64,000 nt of DNA, from assembly GCA_965224485.1 (NCBI GenBank), contig CBDCZH010000010.1, forward strand, positions 352,001 through 416,000, given 5' to 3'. This DNA comes from Arcobacteraceae bacterium. GTDB lineage: Bacteria; Campylobacterota; Campylobacteria; Campylobacterales; Arcobacteraceae. Below the pieces are notes generated by a model. The model was not told where the DNA came from. It did not search any database and worked only from the letters and a program-made list of their open reading frames with translations. The stretch's first letter is position 1. Every line of letters begins with the position of its first letter. A program made the position numbers and the translations under genes. Of the stretch, positions 39,519 to 48,865 are shown in pieces.

Positions 39519-39830
39519 ATGATGAATAACGAATTATTATCAAAAATTAAAATTGAGAAAGAAAAATACTTAAAAGATGGTTTTAACATCATTGGTGTAT
39601 TTGGTTCTTATGCTAAAAATTTGGAAACTAAAGATAGTGATATTGATTTGTTATATGATATAAATCCTATTTTTCTTAAAAAATATTCTGGTTTTGATGC
39701 TTTTTCTAAATTAAGTGATATTAAAAAATCTTTACAAAAAACGCTTAATCTTAAAGTTGATATTGCTACTATTGATAATAATAGTCGTACTTTTAAAGAA
39801 TTTGCTTTAAAAGATGCAATTTACCTATAA
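39519..39830 (+). CDS. Minimal nucleotidyltransferase (MNT; MntA-type antitoxin)
   Basis: GVFGSYA...DSDIDLL...KVDI, about 100 aa. Confidence 0.88.
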   Translation: MMNNELLSKIKIEKEKYLKDGFNIIGVFGSYAKNLETKDSDIDLLYDINPIFLKKYSGFDAFSKLSDIKKSLQKTLNLKVDIATIDNNSRTFKEFALKDAIYL

Positions 39831-39900
39831 CCATTAATTATATAATATTTCTTTAAGTTAAAGATATGCCTTATTCTGATACTTTACCTATAAAACTACT

Positions 39901-39969
39901 TATGATATAAGAAACTTTATAGCTCATGATTATGAAGGTGTTAACTAGGCAATTATTGAAAATATACTA
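39901..39969 (+). pseudogene. Remnant of a HEPN/DUF86 (HepT-like) RNase toxin
   Basis: Frame reads YDIRNFIAHDYEGVN*AIIENIL: an RX4HXY motif with an internal TAG, and the N-terminus is missing. Confidence 0.8.
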
Positions 39970-40030
39970 CAAACTACAAACTACAAACTACAAACTACAA
40001 ACTACAAACTACAAACTACAAACTACAAAC
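39966..40030. repeat. Perfect heptanucleotide microsatellite (ACTACAA)9+AC
   Basis: Counted directly: 65 bp. Confidence 0.97.
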
Positions 40031-40116
40031 ACTAAAAAAACCATTTTGATAAATATCAAGCTTTAATTTACTTTATTTTGATATAGTAATTTTTAATTTT
40101 AATATGAAAGAATGAT

Positions 40117-40581
40117 ATGAAAAAAATTTTAATCTCTACTTTGGTTTTAGCATCTTTGTGTTTTGCTTCAACTGCTACAAAAACTGAACTTCCTCGTACT
40201 GTTGATCCAAAAGCACAGGTAAAAGCTGATAAACAGTTAAAAGTTCAAAATAAAGAAATTATTAGACTTGTTGTTGAAGCTGTTTCAAAAAAACTTCCTT
40301 TGTCAATTGATAAATATACACAACAAACAGGCATTAAAGCTGAAAACTTAACTCTTATTTCTACTTTTGAAATAAATACAGGTGCTAAGAGTGATGAGGC
40401 TGTAAGAATTGAAGACCAACCTCGAATGGCTAAGTTTATAGTTTCTGGTATTTGTCAAAGTTCTAAAAGATTTTTACAAAGTGATATTGATATACGTTAT
40501 GTATATAATAGTGCTAAAAGTAAAGCTTTACTTTTTAAGTTTGATGTTATAAAAGAGGATTGTAAAACTATTTGGAAATAA
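40117..40581 (+). CDS. Hypothetical exported protein
   Basis: Signal peptide; Cys pair (GICQ, EDCK). Confidence 0.75.
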   Translation: MKKILISTLVLASLCFASTATKTELPRTVDPKAQVKADKQLKVQNKEIIRLVVEAVSKKLPLSIDKYTQQTGIKAENLTLISTFEINTGAKSDEAVRIEDQPRMAKFIVSGICQSSKRFLQSDIDIRYVYNSAKSKALLFKFDVIKEDCKTIWK

Positions 40582-40593
40582 AACCCAAATAGT

Positions 40594-41073
40594 TTAAGAG
40601 TTTGTTGTATTTTGAGCTTCTAAAGAGTGAATTGAGTTCATTATTTGATTTGATAAATCTTTTGTAATTAAATTTTTCCAAACATCAATTTGTTTGTATT
40701 TTTGTTTATTGCAAACTTCTATCATTGCTACGTTAAAAAAGTTTCCCTCATTTATATCATTAATAAAAGGTTCAATTTGTACTTTTTTTTGTTTAATTAA
40801 TTCTAAGTGTTCATTTACAAAATTTTGTACTGCATCCATAGCTGCTTGTTTTTGTAACTCTTTTTCAAATATATCATCAGCTTCATCTAAGTCTTTTATA
40901 TCCATTATAAGCTCATATAGTGAGCTTAAAGCCTGTTCTAAATTAATCTCATAAGAGATATCGTTTTCTTCTGTTTTACTTATAATACTAGCCAAGGCTA
41001 CTTGATAATATAATTCATATAAAGAAACATTATTTATTAGGTTATTTCTTTCAAATTCTTCTTCTAAATTCAT
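40594..41073 (-). CDS. Hypothetical acidic protein
   Basis: 159-aa ORF with protein-like composition. Confidence 0.7.
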   Translation of the reverse strand: MNLEEEFERNNLINNVSLYELYYQVALASIISKTEENDISYEINLEQALSSLYELIMDIKDLDEADDIFEKELQKQAAMDAVQNFVNEHLELIKQKKVQIEPFINDINEGNFFNVAMIEVCNKQKYKQIDVWKNLITKDLSNQIMNSIHSLEAQNTTNS

Positions 41074-41205
41074 TTTAAGCTTCTTTTTTTTCTTAGTGTA
41101 ACTATATTATGTATAATTTTTAATAAAATTTAATAATTTATTTTAAAATTATTGTTTTTTTAATAAAATTCCTTTATAATTATAAAAATAATTAGGAGTA
41201 TTATT

Positions 41206-41769
41206 ATGGGATTTTTTAAGAAGATATTTTCTGCTATTGCTAAAGCTTCACAACCTATGTTTGTTTTGGACTCTTGTTACTTAAAGTTTTTATTAAATTC
41301 AGAAGAATATTATTCATATGAAGTTGATGATTATGATACTAAAACAAGGCACTCCCCTTATACTAGTGAAGCATATACACTAAATAATAGTGAATTTTTC
41401 CTAGAAGCTGTTAAGTTACAAAGAGATTCTTCGTGGAGAGGTCAGCCACGAAGTATATATGAAGGTTTTTTTAAAGAAGAGTTAAAAATAAAAAAGATGG
41501 AAATTTTAAAAAGAGAAGAGTTTGGTCATTATGAATTTACTACGTATAAAATAAATGACTCTTTTATTATCCATTTGATTTATATCTGGTCTGTTAAAAA
41601 AGACATTTTTATTTTTGATGCTAAAGGAAAACTTTTTACTGCTTTATTAAAACAGTTAAATGAAAGTTATGAATATGAGTATGATTCTTATGAGCTTGGT
41701 GAAATAAATTTTAATATTAGTATTGTTAAAACTAATGCTTTAAAATCATATTTTGGAAGTGATGATTAA
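41206..41769 (+). CDS. Hypothetical protein, paralogue of the next gene
   Basis: RBS AGGAG; shares SW.G...YEF.TY.IND.F...D..GKL with 41773..42390. Confidence 0.75.
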   Translation: MGFFKKIFSAIAKASQPMFVLDSCYLKFLLNSEEYYSYEVDDYDTKTRHSPYTSEAYTLNNSEFFLEAVKLQRDSSWRGQPRSIYEGFFKEELKIKKMEILKREEFGHYEFTTYKINDSFIIHLIYIWSVKKDIFIFDAKGKLFTALLKQLNESYEYEYDSYELGEINFNISIVKTNALKSYFGSDD

Positions 41770-41772
41770 AAT

Positions 41773-42390
41773 ATGAAAAATACTAAAAAAATTATACTAA
41801 ATATACTAATATTATCTTCTTTACTTATTCTTTTTACTTCTTGCAGTTCTTCTTTATATGAACATAACAAAAAAGAATTTTTAAGTTTTAATGTAAAAGG
41901 AGATACTTTTAAAATTCCATTAACTAGTTCTAAAAAACATTATAGAATGAATAAATGTACAAATAATTCTTATACAATGATTTCTCAAAATGAATATTAT
42001 GGTAAATTATTTTTAGAGTATATTTCTTTACGTAAGTCTTGTACTTGGTCTGGTTTAGAAAAAAGCTTTTTTACTTCACTTTTTAAAGAAAACAAAAAAG
42101 TTAAAACTATGAAAACTCTTGATAACTTTGAAATCTCAAACTATAATTTTTCAACGTATCTAATAAATGATAAGTTTTATATGAATATTATTTTTATTTA
42201 TGGAAATAAAAGAACTACTTTAATGCTTGATTATGAAGGTAAACTAACAAAAGACTTATTAGTTAAACTAGGTTCTTCTTATTCAAACCCATATATAAAA
42301 AAAACTAGGTTTGATTCAAATTATAATGAGTCTTTAGTTTATAAAAATATTTTTAGAAAATATTTTTATAAAGAGTATGAAAATAGATAA
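41773..42390 (+). CDS. Hypothetical lipoprotein, paralogue of the previous gene
   Basis: Lipobox FTSC and the shared motifs. Confidence 0.75.
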   Translation: MKNTKKIILNILILSSLLILFTSCSSSLYEHNKKEFLSFNVKGDTFKIPLTSSKKHYRMNKCTNNSYTMISQNEYYGKLFLEYISLRKSCTWSGLEKSFFTSLFKENKKVKTMKTLDNFEISNYNFSTYLINDKFYMNIIFIYGNKRTTLMLDYEGKLTKDLLVKLGSSYSNPYIKKTRFDSNYNESLVYKNIFRKYFYKEYENR

Positions 42391-42417
42391 ACTAAAAGAG
42401 TTTACACTCTTTCTCTT

Positions 42418-43218
42418 TTAGTTTGAAAATACATCTTTTAATAGCTGAGTTGTTCTTTGTATAGGATTTTCTCTTATGGCTTTTTCTTCTTTTTCAATCA
42501 TTAAAAAAAGTCCATCTAGCGCCTTATTTACAATAAACTCATCTAATGATTCTTCCTTAGAACTAGGGATATAAGAATCAACACCTAATGATTTAGCATA
42601 AGACATTATTGAGCTTGATTCCACATATGATTTTGCATTTTTCTGATAAAAGCTATTAAAACTTTTGTAATAAGAAGCTACATTGTTTTCTTGTGTTGAT
42701 TTTTTAACAATAGGAGTAATTAACTCTTTTAAGCTTGTCAAAGTATGTTTCTTAAAATAAGTAGTTGCTGAGTTATTCTCACCTCTTAGGATAGTACTCG
42801 CATCATTAATTGACATCTTTGAGATAGAATTTGCAAATATATTTGCTGTTTGTAAAGCAGCTTGTGAAGCTGCATCATTCATAGCTTTTTCTAAATCATT
42901 GATATATGATTCTCCTCCAACACTGCTTATTATAGTTTTTGCTTTTTGTAAAGTATCAGGTAATGGTATCTTTGCTTCTAGGTTATTAAAGTAACCATTT
43001 TTAGCACCAAGTGAGCTTATAGCTAGTGTAACACCTTTATTAAGAGCTTCTTTTAAACCCTTTGAAATTGTGTCTTCACTTAATTTAGAACTGCTTGTTT
43101 CTGTTTGTTTACTAATTTCTTTTTTTGTATCACTTAATAAATCTCCTGCTAATTTAGCAAAATCAAAAGCAAAAGTATAGTTATAAATAAGAGCAAGTAA
43201 AAGTATGGTTTTTTTCAT
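42418..43218 (-). CDS. DUF4197 family exported protein
   Basis: GLKEAL, IPLP, MNDAA, ALDGLF.MI.KEEKAIRENP..RTT.LLK.VF. Confidence 0.88.
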   Translation of the reverse strand: MKKTILLLALIYNYTFAFDFAKLAGDLLSDTKKEISKQTETSSSKLSEDTISKGLKEALNKGVTLAISSLGAKNGYFNNLEAKIPLPDTLQKAKTIISSVGGESYINDLEKAMNDAASQAALQTANIFANSISKMSINDASTILRGENNSATTYFKKHTLTSLKELITPIVKKSTQENNVASYYKSFNSFYQKNAKSYVESSSIMSYAKSLGVDSYIPSSKEESLDEFIVNKALDGLFLMIEKEEKAIRENPIQRTTQLLKDVFSN

Positions 43219-43332
43219 TTTTTTCCTTAATTTAAAATAATCTATTATTTTATTATATTATGCCTATTATATATAAATTTATAAAAAACAAGATTAGTTT
43301 TTTTGCTATAATATAAAATCAAAAGGAAATAA

Positions 43333-43773
43333 ATGAATGAAATGATAAATAAGATAAGTGATTTCTTTTTAGCTTTTAAAAACAAAGAGATAGAAGCTTT
43401 AGAAATTTCACAAGAAAAAGAATTTATAAATAATTTTGCAAAACTGATTAAAGAAGATGAAGGTTTTGAAAAAATATATGATAATTACCTCTTAATTAAA
43501 GGTTATACATACCGTTTAGAAAATTCAGAACAAAGACTATTTTATACCTTTAAAGAAGCGGTTTATGCAATAGATTTAGCAAAACTTACAAGAGATGAAG
43601 AAGCAGTTAAATTAAATTGTTTAGTTTATATTTTAGTTTTAAAAGATTGTATATCTGAATACTTAAAAGAAGAGATAAATGAAGATGAAAAAAATAAAGC
43701 AATAAATACATATAAAAAAGTTGAAGATAAAAAAGCAAAAGAGAATGAAAAATATCATATGTATCAATATTGA
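43333..43773 (+). CDS. Hypothetical protein
   Basis: RBS AAGGA, 146-aa ORF. Confidence 0.7.
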   Translation: MNEMINKISDFFLAFKNKEIEALEISQEKEFINNFAKLIKEDEGFEKIYDNYLLIKGYTYRLENSEQRLFYTFKEAVYAIDLAKLTRDEEAVKLNCLVYILVLKDCISEYLKEEINEDEKNKAINTYKKVEDKKAKENEKYHMYQY

Positions 43774-43790
43774 ATAAAAAAGGATTTTAA

Positions 43791-44336
43791 ATGGCTAAAT
43801 TTATAAATTCATTAAGTGAAGAAAATATAGTATTTATAAATAATCAAAAAATATTTTTCGTATCAACTGCTCCAAAAGATGGAAAAATCAATATTTCTCC
43901 TAAGGGTTTAGATGGAACTTTAAAAATAATTGATAGCAAAACTATTGTTTGGTTAAATTATTTTGGTTCTGGAAATGAAACGGCTGCTCATTTATTAGAA
44001 GATAATAGAATAACTTTAATGTTTTGTGCTTTTGAAGGTGAAGCTTTAATTTTTAGAATTTATGCAAAAGCTGCCATCTTACATGAAAGAGATGAAAAGT
44101 TTAAAAAATATTTAAAATTATTCTCTTATCAAAATGCCGCAAGGCAGATTTTTGAGCTTAAAATTGAGTCCCTAAATAGTTCGTGTGGAATGGGTGTTCC
44201 TTTATACGAGTTTAAATCTCAAAGAGAGGAACTGAATGATTTTTATGATAATCATTCAAAAGAAGAACATCTCTCTTATATGAAAAAAAACAATTTAAAA
44301 TCTTTTGATGGTAAAGATACTAAACTATTTTTATAA
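43791..44336 (+). CDS. Pyridoxamine 5'-phosphate oxidase-like FMN-binding protein
   Basis: FFVSTAP, NISPKG, GSGNETAAH, MFCAFEG, SCGMGVPLY. Confidence 0.88.
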   Translation: MAKFINSLSEENIVFINNQKIFFVSTAPKDGKINISPKGLDGTLKIIDSKTIVWLNYFGSGNETAAHLLEDNRITLMFCAFEGEALIFRIYAKAAILHERDEKFKKYLKLFSYQNAARQIFELKIESLNSSCGMGVPLYEFKSQREELNDFYDNHSKEEHLSYMKKNNLKSFDGKDTKLFL

Positions 44337-44372
44337 AGTAGTATAAAACATAATAGATTTTTATGAAAGTTC

Positions 44373-45077
44373 TTACTCTTGTATGCTTTTTTGAAGTTTC
44401 ATAATTTGCTTATGTATGAAATCGATATCATCACTTAAAGTAATTAGATCTAAATCTTCTTTATTAATCATACCTTCTTTATAAAGAGATTTTTTAATAA
44501 ATTTTAATAAATATTTCCAATACTCAGTTCCTACTAAAAAGACTCTACATCCATCTTTATTTAATTTACCAGTTTGGCTTAGGGTTAAAACTTCAAATAG
44601 TTCATCTAAGGTACCAAAACCACCTGGAAATACTATACAAGCTTTTGAGTATTTAACTAACATGAATTTTCTTGAGAAAAAGTAGTTAAAAGTCATACTT
44701 TTTGTAGTATATGGATTTACTTGTTGCTCATTTGGAATTGAAATATTAAGGCCAATAGATTCAGCATTATTTGCCTTATACGATCCTCTATTAGCAGCAC
44801 TCATAATACCATCCCCTCCACCTGTAATGATATTAATACCACTTTTACTTAATTTGTATGCAAGTTTTTGAGCTAAAATTGCATACTCATTACTTTGTTT
44901 AGTTCTAGCACTTCCAAAAATTGTTACACTTGAAGATAAACCATGAAGTATCTCATATGCTTGATTGAAATCATCGGCTACTTTTGTTTTATATATTTTT
45001 TCGCTTTTCTTTTTAATAATAGACTCTTTCTTGATATAATTGTGGATTATTATATATTTATTGTGCTTAAGAGGCAT
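44373..45077 (-). CDS. LOG family (TIGR00730) nucleotide phosphoribohydrolase
   Basis: VTIFGSAR, TGGG.GIM.AAN.G, YFFSRK, PGGFGTLDELFE. Start position uncertain. Confidence 0.9.
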   Translation of the reverse strand: MPLKHNKYIIIHNYIKKESIIKKKSEKIYKTKVADDFNQAYEILHGLSSSVTIFGSARTKQSNEYAILAQKLAYKLSKSGINIITGGGDGIMSAANRGSYKANNAESIGLNISIPNEQQVNPYTTKSMTFNYFFSRKFMLVKYSKACIVFPGGFGTLDELFEVLTLSQTGKLNKDGCRVFLVGTEYWKYLLKFIKKSLYKEGMINKEDLDLITLSDDIDFIHKQIMKLQKSIQE

Positions 45078-45105
45078 GAAAATAACTTAATTAAAAAGGT
45101 TTATA

Positions 45106-46626
45106 GTGTTCAGTGAAAGAAATATTACAAAATTTATACTCTTAACGCCAATTATTACTGTAATTCTAATAGCTTTTATTAGTTCGTATTTTTTTATACA
45201 AACACAAAATTCTTATTTTGAAGAAGAGAGTATTCGAAGTGAAAATGAGTATATTTTAAAACAAAGAAATATTTTAAAAAAAGAGATTGATTCGGTTCTA
45301 AATTATATTAATCATTATGTAAATAAAAATAAGAATATAAAAGAAGAAGATCTTAAAAATGAGCTCTTAAGATATATAGAAACAATAAGATATGAAAAAG
45401 ATGGTTATATTTGGGTTCATGATACTTCTTATTTTTTAAGAGCACATCCTTTTCGTAAAGAAAAAATCAATAGTTTTGATATTGATTTAGAAGATGCAAT
45501 GGGTGTAAAAATTACTAAAAAATTTATTGATGATACTATTAAACATCCAGAAGGTATTTTTATTGAGTATTATTGGCAAAAACCAAAAAATGTACATTTC
45601 TCACAAAAACTTGGTTTTTTTAAATTATATGAAAAGTATTCTTGGGTTATTGGAGCTGGTTTATATATGGATAATATTCAAAGTTCAATACTAAGAGATA
45701 AAAAACTTTTAGAAAAAAGAATAAATAAATATATTAGATTTGTAGTAATAATTTCATTTTTAGTACTAATTTCTATTGGATTTTTATCTTTTATTGTTTC
45801 AAATAAGGTTAGTAAGGTTTTTAATGAGTATAAACAAAGTGTTAGAAAAAAAGAGATTTTATTATCAGAATTAAATAAAAACCTAGAAACTAAAGTTTTA
45901 AAAGCGATACAAGAAGTAAAAAACAAAGATAGGGCTATGCTTCATCAATCAAGGCTTGCAAGAATGGGTGTAATGCTTTCTTTAATAGCTCATCAATGGA
46001 GACAACCTTTATCTAAAATTAGTGCAATTTTAATGGAACTTGAAACAGCAATTAAGTTCTCTAAAGGAAATGATGCCTTAGTACTTAAGAGTATAAATAC
46101 CTCAAATGAACTTTTATTTTATATGTCAAATACTATTGATGATTTTAGAAATTTTTTTAAACCAGATAAGAAAAAAGTAGATTTTTATATAAATGATTCC
46201 ATTAGTGAAGCTATATCTTTAGTGCAAGCTTCAATTAATAGTTTGAATATAGAATTAGAAAAAGATCTAAGAGACAATCCTTTAATAAATGGTTATAAAA
46301 GAGAGTTTGCTCAAGTTATTCTAAATTTAATTACAAATGCTAAAGATATTTTACATCAAAGAGAGATTATAAATCCAAAAATAAAACTAAGTGTTAAAAT
46401 AATAAAAGATGAACTTATAATTTCAGTAAGTGATAATGCAAGAGGTATTAAAGCTGAAATTATTGATTTGATCTTTGAGCCGTATTTTACTACAAAAGAG
46501 AGTTCAAAAGGTACAGGTTTAGGTTTATATATGAGTAAAATGATTATTGAAAAAAATATGAATGGAGAACTAAATGTTCAAAATGATAAGTATGGTGCTG
46601 TATTTACCATAATTTTAAAGGTATGA
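45106..46626 (+). CDS. Cache-domain sensor histidine kinase
   Basis: TM-Cache (RYEKDGYIWV...YYWQKP...WVIGAG)-TM, AHQWRQPL, GTGLGL. GTG start. Confidence 0.92.
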   Translation: MFSERNITKFILLTPIITVILIAFISSYFFIQTQNSYFEEESIRSENEYILKQRNILKKEIDSVLNYINHYVNKNKNIKEEDLKNELLRYIETIRYEKDGYIWVHDTSYFLRAHPFRKEKINSFDIDLEDAMGVKITKKFIDDTIKHPEGIFIEYYWQKPKNVHFSQKLGFFKLYEKYSWVIGAGLYMDNIQSSILRDKKLLEKRINKYIRFVVIISFLVLISIGFLSFIVSNKVSKVFNEYKQSVRKKEILLSELNKNLETKVLKAIQEVKNKDRAMLHQSRLARMGVMLSLIAHQWRQPLSKISAILMELETAIKFSKGNDALVLKSINTSNELLFYMSNTIDDFRNFFKPDKKKVDFYINDSISEAISLVQASINSLNIELEKDLRDNPLINGYKREFAQVILNLITNAKDILHQREIINPKIKLSVKIIKDELIISVSDNARGIKAEIIDLIFEPYFTTKESSKGTGLGLYMSKMIIEKNMNGELNVQNDKYGAVFTIILKV

Positions 46627-46627
46627 A

Positions 46628-47308
46628 ATGAATGATATTTTATTAAAACAGTTGAAAAATTATAGAGTTTTATGTGTAGAAGATGAAGATATAATTAGAA
46701 CTTCTATGGTAAACACATTAAAGTATTATTTCAAAGAAGTTTATGAAGCAAATAGTGCAGAACTTGGTTTTGAAAAATATTTAGAGTTTAAACCTGATAT
46801 TGTATTAAGTGATATACAAATGCCTAAGCAAAATGGTATTTTTTTAGTTGAAAATATAAGAAAAAATGATCAAGAATGTTTAATTATTATGATTACAGCT
46901 TATTCCTCAGAAGAGTATTTATTAGAATTAATTAATTTAAATATAAATCACTATATTATAAAACCTATTACTTCAAATAATCTATTATCAGGTATCTTAA
47001 AAGCTTTTGGAGGAAGATTAGATGAAAAAGTAGTTTTTACTTCTTTGTTGTTTTTTGATAAAAAAACATATAAGTTATATTATAAAGAAAAAGAAATCCT
47101 TTTGCGTAAGAGAGATATAGAGTTTTTACTTCTTTTATATAAAAACAAAAATCAAGTTCTGCCTTATTCTTTAATTGAAGATAGTTTATGGAGAGATAAA
47201 AGTATGAGCACAAGTGCATTAAAAACATTTATTAAAGAGTTTAGACAAAGAATGCCAATTGATTTATTACAAAATGTTCATCAAATAGGATATAAGCTAA
47301 TAATTTAA
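46628..47308 (+). CDS. OmpR-family response regulator
   Basis: VEDE, DIQMPKQNG, wHTH ending IGYK. Confidence 0.92.
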   Translation: MNDILLKQLKNYRVLCVEDEDIIRTSMVNTLKYYFKEVYEANSAELGFEKYLEFKPDIVLSDIQMPKQNGIFLVENIRKNDQECLIIMITAYSSEEYLLELINLNINHYIIKPITSNNLLSGILKAFGGRLDEKVVFTSLLFFDKKTYKLYYKEKEILLRKRDIEFLLLLYKNKNQVLPYSLIEDSLWRDKSMSTSALKTFIKEFRQRMPIDLLQNVHQIGYKLII

Positions 47309-47354
47309 AACAAAAACTTAAAAACTTACAAACCTAAATACCTACTAACTAACT

Positions 47355-47388
47355 AACTCACTAAAAACTCACTTTTTGGTTTTATAAT
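47355..47388 (+). promoter_or_regulatory. 11-bp-period direct repeat plus -10 upstream of dctP
   Basis: AACTCACT aaa AACTCACT (47355-47373) and TATAAT (47383-47388). Confidence 0.65.
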
Positions 47389-47419
47389 ATAAGATATTAA
47401 AAATCAAGAGGAGATTATT

Positions 47420-48376
47420 ATGATTAAAAAAGGTTTATTACTTACCGCAATGGCAAGTTTAGTATTCGCAGGAAATGTTAAAATGGATTTAAATGCAAAG
47501 TATGGTGCAAATAATTTCCATACTAAAGCAGCAGTTAAGTTTGCTTCTTTAGTTAAAGATTATACAAATGGAAGCGTTAATATTATTGTTCATCCAGGAT
47601 CTTCATTAGTAAAAGGAAATCCTTTAAAAGCGGTAAAAGATGGAACTGTTGCTATGACTGATATGTTTATTCCTTTTACTTCAGGAGGAGGAAAAGTATT
47701 TGGGATCTCTGCATTACCTTTTATAGCAAGTTCTTATGATGATGCTTATAAGTTATATCAAATTTCAAAACCAGCTTATGAAAAAACTGCTAAAAAATGG
47801 AATCAAAAGTTTTTATACCAAGTAACATGGCCAGCTTCTGGTTTTTATTCAAATAAAACAATGACATCTATTAATGATTTTAAGGGTGTAAAAACTAGAA
47901 CATATGATAAAAATTCTGCTTCTTTTGTAAATCAAGCAGGAGGAAATGCTGTTGCTTTACCTTGGGGAGAGGTTTATTCAGCACTTAGAACTGGTATGGT
48001 TAATTCAGTTGTAACATCTTCTTCCTCTGGAAAAGATGGTAAATTTTGGGAAGTATTATCTAACTTTACAAAAATTAAATATGCTTATCCTCTTCAAGCT
48101 GTATCTATTAATTTAGATTATTGGAATTCTTTAGATAAAGAACAGCAAAACTCTATGTTAAGAGCAGCTAAAGAGATAGAAAAAGCTCAATGGAAAGCTG
48201 TACGATTAGAAGACTCTACTGCTCAAGCTATTATGATTAAAAATGGTATGAAAATAACTGAAGCTAGTGTTGAGTTAAAAAATGACTTAGATAAAATTGC
48301 AAACAATTTGTTAGAAAAATATTTAGATGGTGCAAATAAAGAAATCAAAGATATTTTTAAAGAGTATAGAAAATAA
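47420..48376 (+). CDS. dctP: TRAP transporter solute-binding protein, probably for 5-oxoproline
   Basis: Signal peptide, LPF, KGVKTR, LPWGEVYSAL.TG; context with pxpABC. Confidence 0.9.
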   Translation: MIKKGLLLTAMASLVFAGNVKMDLNAKYGANNFHTKAAVKFASLVKDYTNGSVNIIVHPGSSLVKGNPLKAVKDGTVAMTDMFIPFTSGGGKVFGISALPFIASSYDDAYKLYQISKPAYEKTAKKWNQKFLYQVTWPASGFYSNKTMTSINDFKGVKTRTYDKNSASFVNQAGGNAVALPWGEVYSALRTGMVNSVVTSSSSGKDGKFWEVLSNFTKIKYAYPLQAVSINLDYWNSLDKEQQNSMLRAAKEIEKAQWKAVRLEDSTAQAIMIKNGMKITEASVELKNDLDKIANNLLEKYLDGANKEIKDIFKEYRK

Positions 48377-48379
48377 TTT

Positions 48380-48865
48380 ATGAAATCTTTTTATATAATA
48401 GTAAACAAGCTCTCCTTATGGGGAGCTTATCTATCAGCTTTATTAATTATTTCTTTAGTTTTACTAATATTATGTGAAATATTTATTAGGTATTTTTTTG
48501 ATTTATCTACAATGATTGCAGATGAATATAGTGGATATTTATATTTAGCTTCAATTTTTTTAGGACTTTCTTACACTTTTAGTGAAAATGCACATATTAG
48601 AATTAATATTATTACTTCAAAGTTAAATAAGAAAAAAAACAGACTAGTTGATATTATTGCTGGTTTAATCACAATATCGGTATTAAGTTTCACTTTTTAT
48701 AGAACAGTTTTATTTACTTATGACTCTTATGATTTAGATATGTTATCAGAAGCAGTTTCAGAGACACCTTTGTATTTAACTCAAATAGTTATGCCCTTAG
48801 GACTATCTTTGTTTATTTTATCTGTTTTAGCTTTTGTTATTAAAGGATTTAGAAATGATATCTGA
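48380..48865 (+). CDS. dctQ: TRAP small permease
   Basis: Four TM; IRY, ADEYSGY, HIRI. Confidence 0.9.
   Translation: MKSFYIIVNKLSLWGAYLSALLIISLVLLILCEIFIRYFFDLSTMIADEYSGYLYLASIFLGLSYTFSENAHIRINIITSKLNKKKNRLVDIIAGLITISVLSFTFYRTVLFTYDSYDLDMLSEAVSETPLYLTQIVMPLGLSLFILSVLAFVIKGFRNDI

Noticed and set aside
36140..40065. att-like duplication of the htpG 3' end (AAGCTTTA) bounding the islet
   Set aside because: Only 8 bp, also found elsewhere in the window, and no integrase gene.
45000..45077. Second non-canonical (ATT) start, for the LOG gene
   Set aside because: ATG 45077 lacks an obvious RBS but is in frame; the alternative cannot be supported without orthologue alignment.
47309..47354. G-free low-complexity tract (AAAACTT, CTAA repeats) as a functional element
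   Set aside because: Short and degenerate; only the adjacent AACTCACT repeat has operator-like geometry.
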